A stretch of DNA of 64,000 nt. It comes from Squalus acanthias. Lineage: Eukaryota. Of this stretch, positions 24,661 to 35,641 are shown one piece after another; the stretch's first letter is position 1; every line of letters starts with the position of its first letter. The stretch covers positions 143,842,001-143,906,000 of the forward strand of contig CM059431.1 in the NCBI GenBank assembly GCA_030390025.1, written 5' to 3'. The notes under the pieces were generated by a model that worked only from the letters and a program-made list of their open reading frames with translations, made no database searches and was not told where the DNA came from. The position numbers were made by a program, and so were the translations under genes.

Positions 24661-27600
24661 CCGAGACAGAGGGTGGTTCAGTCTGAGAGAGGGTGGTTCA
24701 GTCTGAGAGAGGGGACGGTTCAGTCTGAGACAGAGGGTGGTTCAGTCTGAGAGAGGGGGCGGTTCAGTCTGAGAGAGGGGGGGTTCATTCTGAGAGAGGG
24801 GGTGGTTCAGTCTGAGAGAGGGGGGGTTCATTCTGAGAGTGGGGGTGGTTCAGTCTGAGAGAGGGAACGGTTCAGTCTGAGAGAGGGGACGGTTCAGTCT
24901 GAGAGAGGGGACGGTTCAGTCTGAGAGAGGGGACGGTTCAGTCTGAGAGAGGGGGCGGTTCAGTCTGAGAGAGGGGGCGGTTCAGTCTGAGAGAGGGGGT
25001 GGTTCAGTCTGAGAGAGGGGGCGGTTCAGTCTGAGAGAGGGGGGGGTTCAGTCTGAGAGAGGGGACGGTTCAGTCTGAGAGAGGGGGTGGTTCAGTCTGA
25101 GAGAGGGGGCGGTTCAGTCTGAGAGAGGGGGGGGTTCAGTCTGAGAGAGGGGACGGTTCAGTCTGAGAGAGGGGACGGTTCAGTCTGAGAGAGGGGACGG
25201 TTCAGTCCGAGACAGAGGGTGGTTCAGTCTGAGAGAGGGGGCGGTTCAGTCTGAGAGAGGGGACGGTTCAGTCTGAGAGAGGGGACGGTTCAGTCTGAGA
25301 GAGGGGACGGTTCAGTCTGAGAGAGGGGACGGTTCAGTCTGAGAGAGGGGACGGTTCAGTCCGAGACAGAGGGTGGTTCAGTCTGAGAGAGGGGACGGTT
25401 CAGTCTGAGAGAGGGGACGGTTCAGTCTGAGAGAGGGGACGGTTCAGTCCGAGACAGAGGGTGGTTCAGTCTGAGAGAGGGGGCGGTTCAGTCTGAGAGA
25501 GGGGACGGTTCAGTCTGAGAGAGGGGACGGTTCAGTCTGAGAGAGGGGACGGTTCAGTCTGAGAGAGGGGACGGTTCAGTCTGAGAGAGGGAGCGGTTCA
25601 GTCTGAGACAGAGGACCGTTCAGTCTGAGAGAGGGGACGGTTCAGTCTGAGAGAGGGGACGGTTCAGTCTGAGAGAGGGGGCGGTTCAGTCTGAGAGAGG
25701 GGACGGTTCAGTCTGAGAGAGGGGGCGGTTCAGTCTGAGAGAGGGTGGTTCAGTCTGAGAGAGGGGGTGGTTCAGTCTGAGAGAGGGTGGTTCAGTCTGA
25801 GAGAAGGGGGGTTCAGTCTGAGAGAGGGGACGGTTCAGTCTGAGAGAGGGGGGGTTCAGTCTGAGACAGAGGGTGGTTCAGTCTGAGAGAGGGGGGGTTC
25901 AGTCTGAGAGAGGGGACGGTTCAGTCTGAGAGAGGGGGGGTTCAGTCTGAGACAGAGGGTGGTTCAGTCTGAGAGAGTGGGTGGTTCAGTCTGAGAGAGG
26001 GTGGTTCAGTCTGAGAGAGGGGGGGTTCAGTCTGAGAGAGGGTGGGTTCAGTTTGAGAGAGGGGGGGTTCAGTCTGAGAGAGGGGGCGGTTCAGTCTGAG
26101 AGAGGGGCCGGTTCAGTCTGAGTGAGGGGCGGTTCAGTCTGAGAGGGGGCGGTTCAGACTGAGAGAGGGGCCGGTTCAGTCTGAGAGGGGGGACGGTTCA
26201 GTCCGAGACAGAGGGTGGTTCAGTCTGAGAGAGGGGGTGGTTCAGTCTGAGAGAGGGGACGGTTCAGTCCGAGACAGAGGGTGGTTCAGTCTGAGAGAGG
26301 GGGGGTTCAGTCTGAGAGAGGGGGGGATTCAGTCTGAGAGAGAGGGGGTTCAGTATGAGAGAGGGGATGGTTCAATCTGAGAGAGGGGATGGTTCAGTCT
26401 GAGAGAGGGGACGGTTCAGTCTGAGAGAGGGGACGGTTCAGTCTGAGAGAGGGGGGGTTCAGTCTGAGAGAGTGGGCGGTTCAGTCTGAGAGAGGGAACG
26501 GTTCAGTCTGAGAGAGGGGGCGGTTCAGTCTGAGAGGTCGGTTCAGTCTGAGAGAGGGGCGGTTCAGTCTCAGAGAGGGGGGGTTCAGTCTGAGAGAGGG
26601 GACGGTTCTGTCTGAGAGAGGGGGCGGTTCAGTCTGAGAGAGGGGGCAGTTCTGTCTGAGAGAGGGGGCGGTTCAGTCTGAGAGAGGGTCAGTTCATTCT
26701 GAGAGAGGGGGCGGTTCAGTCTGAGAGAGGGGACGGTTCAGTCTGAGAGAGGGGACGGTTCAGTCTGAGAGAGGGTGTGTTCAGTCTGAGAGAGGGGGGG
26801 TTCAGTCTGAGAGACTGGGGGTTCAGTCTGAGAGAGGGGGCGGTTCAGCCTGAGAGAGGGGACGGTTCAGTCTGAGAGAGGGGACGGTTCAGTCTGAGAG
26901 AGGGTGTGTTCAGTCTGAGAGAGGGGGGGTTCAGTCTGAGAGACTGGGGGTTCAGTCTGAGAGAGGGGGCGGTTCAGTCTGAGAGTGTGGGCAGTTCAGC
27001 CTGAGAGAGGGGGCGGTTCAGTCTGAGAGAGGGGCGGTTCAGTCTGAGAGAGGGGGCTGTTCAGTCTGAGAGAGGGGGCTGTTCAGTCTGAGAGAGGGGC
27101 GGTTCAGTCTGAGAGAGGGGGCGGTTCAGTCTGAGAGAGGGGGCGGTTCAGTCTGAGAGAGGGGGCGGTTCAGTCTGAGAGAGACGGCGGTTCAGTCTGA
27201 GAGAGGGGCGGTTCAGTCTGAGAGTGGTGGCGGTTCAGTCTGAGAGAGGGGGCGGTTCAGTCTGAGAGAGGGGGCAGTTCTGTCTGAGAGAGGGGGCGGT
27301 TCAGTCTGAGAGAGTGTCAGTTCATTCTGAGAGAGGGGGCGGTTCAGTCTGAGAGAGGGGACGGTTCAGTCTGAGAGAGGGGACGGTTCAGTCTGAGAGA
27401 GGGTGTGTTCAGTCTGAGAGAGGGGGGGTTCAGTCTGAGAGACTGGGGGTTCAGTCTGAGAGAGGGGGCGGTTCAGCCTGAGAGAGGGGACGGTTCAGTC
27501 TGAGAGAGGGGACGGTTCAGTCTGAGAGAGGGTGTGTTCAGTCTGAGAGAGGGGGGGTTCAGTCTGAGAGTCTGGGGGTTCAGTCTGAGAGAGGGGGCGG

Positions 27601-27863
27601 TTCAGTCTGAGAGTGTGGGCAGTTCAGCCTGAGAGAGGGGGCGGTTCAGTCTGAGAGAGGGGCGGTTCAGTCTGAGAGAGGGGGCTGTTCAGTCTGAGAG
27701 AGGGGGCTGTTCAGTCTGAGAGAGGGGCGGTTCAGTCTGAGAGAGGGGGCGGTTCAGTCTGAGAGAGGGGGCGGTTCAGTCTGAGAGAGGGGGCGGTTCA
27801 GTCTGAGAGAGGGGGCGGTTCAGTCTGACAGAGGGGGGGTTCAGTCTGAGAGAGGGGGCGGTT
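24661..27863 (+). repeat. G-rich minisatellite, 21-22 bp unit GGTTCAGTCTGAGAGAGGGG(AC/GC), roughly 145-150 copies
   Basis: Directly visible tandem array. Confidence 0.97.
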
Positions 27864-27867
27864 AAGA

Positions 27868-28115
27868 CTGACAGAGTGAGGGATTCACCAGTGCTGTGTG
27901 ATAATTCTCACTGTTAATTATGTAAATGTGGTTCCAGTACCAGCACTGACAGAGTGAGGGATTCACCAGTGCTGTGAGATAAGGCTCACTGTTAATACTG
28001 CAGGAGTTGGACCAGTACCAGCTCTGACAGAGTGAGGGATTCACCAGTGCTGTGAGATAAGGCTCACTGTTAATACTGCAGGAGTGGTACCAGTACCAGC
28101 ACTGACAGAGTGAGG
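27868..28115 (+). repeat. 78-bp tandem repeat, ~3.2 copies
   Basis: CTGACAGAGTGAGG recurs at 27868, 27946, 28024 and 28102. Confidence 0.92.
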
Positions 28116-28129
28116 TATTCCTTGAGAGT

Positions 28130-28612
28130 GAGTCTGGCGCAGGCGCACTGGGCGTGGCTCCGACCTTCAGGAACGGCAACCGCTGTGGGAGAAGCTATGA
28201 TGTCATCCGCGCGCTCCCGCTGAGGCGGTTGAACGGCCGCGCGGGAGGACATGTCAGGAGACACGTGACTCCGGCCCGACTGCGGCCCTTCAGCACAGTG
28301 GGCGGCGCCCTGTGGCGGTCCGGTCTCCCATTGGTCTATGCGGCAGTCAATCTATGAGTCACACCCAATAGAAGAGACGAGCTCAGTGATCGACGTTATT
28401 TATTGCTCTTGCGGACACTGTGGCCGCAGTGCGCATGCTCAGTACTGCCCCCACCCCAGTCCAGTCCCCGGATGATGTAAAATTCCTTGAGGAAGAAACG
28501 GTCCCGGAGATAAAATGTCCGAGTTACCGGGGAGAGGCTGGGAACCAGACTGAGGAGTGGCGGATGGAGCCGGATCAGAGACTGGGCGGGCGGCGATGGT
28601 GCGGGTGAGTTT
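28130..28612 (+). promoter_or_regulatory. CpG-rich promoter-like island with candidate first exon and donor site
   Basis: NRF1-like GCGCAGGCGCA (~28137) and TGCGCATGCTCA (~28429), E-box CACGTGAC (~28262), CCAAT/ATTGG boxes (~28330, ~28365), donor-like G|GTGAGT at ~28605. Confidence 0.55.
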
Positions 28613-28715
28613 GGGGATCAGAGAATCAGAGACATTTACACCACAGAAGGAGTCTTGTTCCCGCCGGCCGGCCGGCAGAGAGCGATCCTCCCCAGGCCCA
28701 CTTTCCAGCTCCTTC

Positions 28716-29035
28716 AGAACATCAGAACACCAGGAGCAGGAGTGGGTGACCCGGCCCCGAGCCTTTTCCACCATTCAATCAGACCCAGCAATCCATCTCT
28801 CTCAGAACATCAGGAGCAGGAGTGGGTGACCCGGCCCCGAGCCTGCTCCAACATTCAATCAGATCAAACAATCCATCTCTCTCACAACATCAGGAGCAGG
28901 AGTGGGTGACCCGGCCCCGAGCCTGCTCCACCATTCAATCAGATCAAACAATCCATCTCTCTCACAACATCAGGAGCAGGAGTGGGTGACCCGGCCCCGA
29001 GCCTGCTCCACCATTCAATCAGATCCTGGCTGATC
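28716..29035 (+). repeat. 80-bp tandem repeat (~4 copies) derived from a CR1 3' terminus
   Basis: CAGGAGCAGGAGTGGG at 28731, 28811, 28891 and 28971; the last copy runs into the CR1 fragment. Confidence 0.85.
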
Positions 29036-29390
29036 ATCGAGCTCACTCCCCTCTCCCACCCCCGCCCCTGCCCCTTACCTTGAAACTATGCCCCCAGGTT
29101 ATTGACCCCTCTACTAAGGGGAAAAGTTCCGTTCTATCTACCCTATCTATGCCCCTCATAATTTTGTACACCTCAATCAGGTCCCCCCTCAGCCTTCTCT
29201 GCTCCAAGGAAAACAACCCCAGACTGTCCAGTCTCTCTTCATAGCTGAAGTGCTCCAGCCTGGTGAATCTCCTCTGCACCCTCTCCAATGCAATCACATC
29301 CCTCCTATAGTGTGGCGACCAGAACTGCACACAGTATTCCAGCTGTGGCCAACTAGCGTTTTGTACAGTTCCATCATAACCTCCCTCCTT
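29036..29390 (-). mobile_element. CR1-clade LINE 3' fragment
   Basis: PQLEYCVQFWSPHYRRDVIALERVQRRFTR…RRLRGDLIEVYKIM. Confidence 0.9.
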
Positions 29391-30607
29391 GGATGGGCCC
29401 AATGATATCAGACAGTGTGTAACCCCGGGAGGATGGGACCAGTGAGATCAGACAGTGTGTAACCCGGGGAGGATGGGCCCAGTGAGATCAGACAGTGTGT
29501 ATCCGGGGAGGATGGGCCCAGTGAGATCAGACAGTGTGTAACCCGGGGAGGAAGGGCCCAGTGAGATCAGACAGTGTGTAACCCGGGGAGGATGGGCCCA
29601 GTGAGATCAAACAGTGTGTACCCCGGTGAGGATGGGCCCAGTGAGATCAGACCGTGTGTAACCCGGGGAGGATGGGCCCAGTGTGATCAGACAGTGTGTA
29701 ACCCGGGGAGGATGGGCCCAGTGAGATCAGACCGTGTGTAACCCGGGGAGGATGGGCCCAGTGAGATCAGACAGTGTGTAACCCGGGGAGGATCGGACTA
29801 GTGAGTTCATACAGTGTGTAACCCTGGGAGGATGGGCCAAGTGTGATCAGACATTGTGTAACCCGGGGAGGATGGGCCCAGTGAGATCAGACAGTGTGTA
29901 ACCCGGGGAGGATGCGCCCAGTGAGATCAGACCGTGTGTAACCCGTGGAGGATGGGCCCAGTGAGATCAGACCATGTGTAACCCGGGGAGGATGGGCCCA
30001 GTGACATTTGTCAGTGTGTAACCTGGGGAGCATGGGCCCAGTGAGATCAGACAGTGTGTAACCCGGGGAGGATGCGCCCAGTGAGATCAGGCAGTGTGTA
30101 ACCCGGGGAGGATGGGCCCAGTGAGATCAGTCAGTGTGTAACCCGGGGAGGATGCGCCCAGTGAGATCAGTCAGTGTGTAACCCGGGGAGGATGGGCCCA
30201 GTGGGATCAGACAGTGTGTAACCCGGGGAGGATGCGCCCAGTGAGATCAGGCAGTGTGTAACCCGGGGAGGATGGGCCCAGTGAGATCAGTCAGTGTGTA
30301 ACCCGGGGAGGATACGCCCAGTGAGATCAGACAGTGTGTAACCCGGGGAGGATGCGCCCAGTGAGATCAGTCAGTGTGTAACCCGGGGAGGATGGGCCCA
30401 GTGAGATCTGATGTGTGTAACCCGGGGAGGATGGATCCAGTGAGATCAGACAGTGTGTAACACGGGGAGGAGGCGCCCGGTGCGATGGGACAGTATGTAA
30501 CCCGGGGCGGATAGACCCAGTGAAATCAGACAGTTTTTTAACTCGGGGGGGATGAGCCCAGCGAGATCAGACAGTGTTTAACCCGGGGAGGATTGGCCCA
30601 GTGAGTC
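29391..30607 (+). repeat. 40-bp minisatellite CAGACAGTGTGTAACCCGGGGAGGATGGGCCCAGTGAGAT, ~30 copies
   Basis: Directly visible tandem array. Confidence 0.97.
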
Positions 30608-32169
30608 AATGCAGCATCTGTCTAAATCACAGAGAGAAAGCGCCACATTACTGCCCCGAATGTTTGGTCTTTCCAGGAAGTCCAGGCGGCTTCTAGCTGG
30701 CCTCGGTGTAAGGTGGCACAATAGAACTGAAATACTCGGCCCTGTACCTGAAGAGGCGGAGGATCCCCCCACTGATTGAGGCTGCTGTTATCTGTGCAAT
30801 CCGGGATACTTTGTCAGATACAGCACTGGATTTCCTGTTGTATAATGTAGCTAGACATAGAGTTTCATAAACCTCAGTATTCGACAGGGCAGAAGCCTGG
30901 CGGTGGGTGAAATAAGAAGGGTTTGTATCATTTTGAGCGGCTCTGGGAGGGAATAGCTGTCAGTTAATGCAGGAAGATACCTGGGAAATGGAGCTGTCCA
31001 TGATTAGCTCTGAGTTTGCGGCACTCAGTGCGGCAGTGACGGGACCCCCGCTACAATTCCCATTGATTTCTCCAGGCCGCCGAGTGTAAATGTCAGCCAG
31101 TGTTCCCGCTCCTGCTCGGGATCCAGTGTCTCCTGTGAGAGGGTGTGTGTGCGGCTCGGGATATGGGACAATACAGATTATTCCATTCTGCACAAACATC
31201 AGCGCCGTGGGCGTTATTTGTGTTTGATTTGTGAAATCGGATAATCCGGAGTTCAACATGAAGACAAATGTAACCGCACATGAAGGGAGCTGATCAGCTA
31301 AAGTCAGATTAAAGGAGCTGACAGAAGGCGGGCGGTAACTATGATATTTAATGGTCCGTTCTCCAGATAGCGTAGATAATCAGACAGGAATTGAGAGGGA
31401 ATTTGATCTTAATTGTTAATTCTTCAGACAAAGTAGAGAGCTCTAGACAGTAGTAGGAAGACACCAGTTGTCAATCAGTGTAATTAAAACAGGGCAACGC
31501 TCCAGGAAAGTTGCTGGGTTGTATGAGCTGAATATATTGTCTGTCCGCTCGCTCTGCCTAAGATTCCACTGAAAGAAAACAAAACGCGAGAGAAAGAAAG
31601 ACACGTGGAGACTGGGCGGATGGGTCCTGGGTGGACTTCAGACAGGAATATAAATGAATGGCAGTGATTACAAACAGCGGGGAAAGTCCCCAAAATATGA
31701 GCTACTCCTGGAAAACGTGCGGCCATTATATGAGAAGTCTCCAACTGCGGACTGGGGAAATAATGTTTTAGTTCAATGTTTTCGTTTTTAAGAATAACTA
31801 CGGGATAAATTTATATTATATTCCACTACACTCCGTCAATATTGTTCTCCTTTTCAGCCCTGCCAGGATTAGATTACCCGATGAATGACGGTGTGATTGA
31901 GAAAGGTCCAAGTGATTGAGAGCACCAACCAGAGAGAACCCTTCCAATTCAAAGAACTTCCACAGATCGATCTGGGTGAAAGGTAAGAGAATGGCCCATT
32001 GTCTCAGATAAACACTGATCCTGTAGACAGTACACAAAGGTTTCAAAGTAAGGCAGGAACTGGTGAGAATGAGACTGGGAGAGTCTGACCACAATTATCC
32101 AGCATGAGGCCGTGCAATGGGATGTGAAGTGAGATCAGTCTGTGTCTCTAAACACACAATCACAGTGAA

Positions 32170-32670
32170 GCTATATTAGGAGATATTAGGGCAATGACCA
32201 AAAGCTTGGTCAATGAGTTACGTTTTAAGGAGCATCTTAAAGGAGGAAAGAGAAGAAGAGAGGCGGAGAGGTTTAGGCAGGGAATTCCAGAGATTAGGAC
32301 CTAGGTAACAGAAGGCACGGCCACCAATGGTTGAGTGATGATAATCAGGGATGCTAAAGAGGGCTGAATTAGAGGAGCGCTGATATCTCGTGGTTCTGTG
32401 GGGCTGGAGGAGATTACAGAAATCAGGAGGGTCAGGCCATGGAGAGATTTGAAAACAAGAATGAGAAATTTGAAATCGAGGTGTTGCTTAACCGGGAGCC
32501 AATGTAGGTCAGCGAGCACAGGGGTGGTGGGTGAACGGGACATGTTGCGAGTTAGGAAACAGGCAGCCGAGTTTTGGATGACCACAAGTTTACGTAGGGT
32601 AGAATGTGGGAAGCCAGACAGGAGTGTGTTGGAACAGTCAGGTCTAGAGGTAACAAAGGCATGGATGAGC
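32170..32670 (-). mobile_element. L2-clade LINE fragment
   Basis: LIHAFVTSRPDCSN…QNSAA…TPVLADLHWLPVKQ. Confidence 0.85.
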
Positions 32671-33069
32671 CTATGCAACCTTCCCATATAATTTAACCAT
32701 TTTAGCCTTGGTATTGTTCAGATGAATTTGAAACAGAAGCTACAACCGTTGTGTAACCTGTGACAACTGTATAATTTGAACGCTCGTTTTTTTTTGAGTT
32801 TTCATCTCACACAGCGGGGCACAAACATACTCACAGAATTTCTGTGGTTTACCAATTAATGTACTAGAAGCTTTTGTGAATTTTACTCGAGCATTGTTTC
32901 AAATTATTTCAGGAAATATTAAAACTGCAGCAATTGACACAGCTGACGAAACATTCCTCAATACAGCTGATTGAAGTGTAGTGGTGCATCTGGGAAATGA
33001 GGAACATGATTGTGCACAGCCAGCACATTTCAAATTGAGTCACAGGTTTAGGTAAAAATATCAGCTCCT

Positions 33070-34900
33070 TAGAATCATAGAATCTTAGCTTGTCATGCCT
33101 GTGCCAGCTCTTTGAAAGAGCTGTCCAATTTAGTTATACACAACAGCTTTCCCCCCATAACCCTGCAAATTAGTACACTGCAAGTACATTTGCAGTTGCC
33201 TTTTGAAAGTTCCTTTCATTAGTGCGTTTCAGATCTTAAAAAACCTGTTTGAAAAATAAGTCTCCTCATTCCCCCTCTAGTTCTTTTGCCAATTATATTC
33301 AATCTATAACAACTGATTACAGACCCACTTACCAGTGGAAAGTTTATTCCCTATTTGCTCTATCGAATCCCCTTATTATTTTCAATAACTTTATAAGCTC
33401 TTCTCAGCTCTAAGGGGAACAATGCCAGCTTCTCCAATCTATCCACATGATTGAAGTCCCTCATCCCTGATATAATCCTGATAAATCATGTCTGTACCAT
33501 CTCCACGGCCTTCACATCCTCACCAAAATGTGGTTCTCACATGGTACACAATATTCCAGCTGAGGCCTCACCATTGATTTATAAAGATTTGGCATGACTT
33601 CCTTGTTTTTGAATTCAGTGCCCCTGTTTACAAAGCTAAGAATCCCATACGCTTTTTTAACCATCTTATCAACTTGTTCTGCTACTTTCGAATATTTTTG
33701 AATAAGCACCGCCAGGTCCTTCTGCTCTTGTCACCCCCCCAACTCAAATTAGTACCCTGTAGATTTTACAGCATCTCCATGTTCTTCCTCCCAAAGTGCA
33801 TAACTTCACACTTATCAGCATTAAATTGTATTTTCCCATGTGTCTGCCCAGTTCACCAGTCTGTCTATGTCATTTTGAAGTCTGCTATTATCTTCCTCAC
33901 ACAGTACTACGTTGCCAAGTTTTGTATCCATCCACAAACTTGGAAATTGTACTCCCTATACCCAAGTGCATGTGCTTTATATATAACAAGAAAAGCAATG
34001 TTCCTAATATCGACTCTTGGGGGACCACACTGCATAATTCTCTCCAGTAAGAAAAACATCACCACTGCTCTCTGCTTCCTAGCCCTTAGCCAATCTCAGA
34101 AAAAAGTTACTACCATCCCTCTAAAACTATGCACTTCTGTTGTCCGAATAAGTCTGTTATGTGATACTTTAACAAATACCTTTTGTAAGTTCATATATAC
34201 AGCTTCAACTGCCCAACCTTCATCATCCCTCTCTGTTACTTTATCTAAGAACTCACGCAGGTTACTCAGATACGATTTGTCCTTAACACATTCTTGCTGT
34301 CTGTAATTATTAAACCATGCTTCTCCAAGTCAGAATTAATTTTGTTCTTGAAAATGGTCTCCAGTTGTTTTTACATCACAGATGTTAGACTGATCGGCCT
34401 GTTTTTATCAGGTTCATCCCTCTCCCCTTTCTTGAACAGGGGTGTACGATTTGTAATCCTCCAGTCCTTATGAACTACTCCCAGATCGAAGGAGGATTGA
34501 AAGATTGTGCTCAGGGCTTCTGATATCTCCACCCTAGCTCCCGTCAGCAACCTAGAATGTATCCCATCTGGACTATGTGATTTGTTAACTTTGACTGTTG
34601 CCAACATATTTAGCGCCTCCTTTGTATCTATTTTTATCCTATCCAATATCTGTAGTCCCTCCTCCTCTACTGCGACATTAACTTCTTCCTCTTTTGCGAA
34701 CACACATGCAAAGTACTCATTCAGTACCTCGGTCATGTCTCCTGCCTTCACAAGAAGAATTCATTCTTTGCCCCTGGTCGGTCCTACCATTCCTTTAACT
34801 GTCCTTTTAAATGTTATGTGTTGATACAAGATTTTTGGTTTCCATTTTATGTTACCCGCTAATCTATTCTCATCTCCACTCATTCCATTCTTATATCATT
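33070..34900 (-). mobile_element. Decayed CR1-clade LINE (RT region and 3' end)
   Basis: EVLNEYFACVF…SPDGIHSRLL…PLFKKG…RPISLTSV; YKSMVRPQLEYCV; 3' tail AGAATCATAGAATC near 33071. Confidence 0.85.
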
Positions 34901-35514
34901 TTTCAATTTCCCCCTGCAATCACTGTATCATGCCTGCTTTTCTATTCTTTTGTATTCTGTACCTGACATTTCTCAAAAATTTCAATTCAATTTTCTTTGT
35001 TTTAGAATTTCTATTTCCTTTTTCCTCCAGGGAGCTCTATGAATGTCCCATCTTTCCTTCTTATCGGATTATGATACAAGGCTAGGATTTTGGGAGGTGC
35101 AGAGTCCTTCAAGTAAAAACTTTAATGACAAAATTACAAGTCACAAACATTAATTGAAAAATCTAATCATGCTACTGAGAAATATCTAAATTTCAGGCTT
35201 TTTAAAAATGTTGTTTAAATCCTTAATTTGAACATTAGATTGTTCTTACTGATGGATTTTCAGGAAGCATTTTGAGGGAATTGCGGGAGCTCGGTGGCCA
35301 GATATAGGGCTCACATCGCTAAATCAGAGAGGCAGGTTTACATGGCGAAGCATATTATAAATCAGAAGATAGCAATATATAATAGGAAAATGTTGACACA
35401 AAAACTATGACCAAAATTTGACAGGAGGAAGTAAGTTCCCAAATATACAAGACTCTCATATAACATAGATATTCAAACTCATATTCTTGTTGCATGCACC
35501 GTAATAGACTTATA

Positions 35515-35630
35515 TTTGTGTTCTACATTACAACAGTGCCTAAACTTCCGGAGCACTTATTTGACTGTAAAGCGCATTGGGACGTCCTAATGTGCTGAAA
35601 GGCGTTATATAAATGGAAGTTTTATCTTAT
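35515..35630 (+). mobile_element. SINE 3' fragment (AmnSINE1/SacSINE-like)
   Basis: CTACATTACAACAGTG…TGTAAAGCGCATTGGGACGTCCT…GAAAGGCGTTATATAAATG resembles the recalled consensus. Confidence 0.6.
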
Positions 35631-35641
35631 TATTTCAGGAA

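Noticed and set aside
24661..30607. CRISPR-like arrays
   Set aside because: Units are contiguous tandem repeats with no unique spacers, there are no cas genes, and the context is vertebrate
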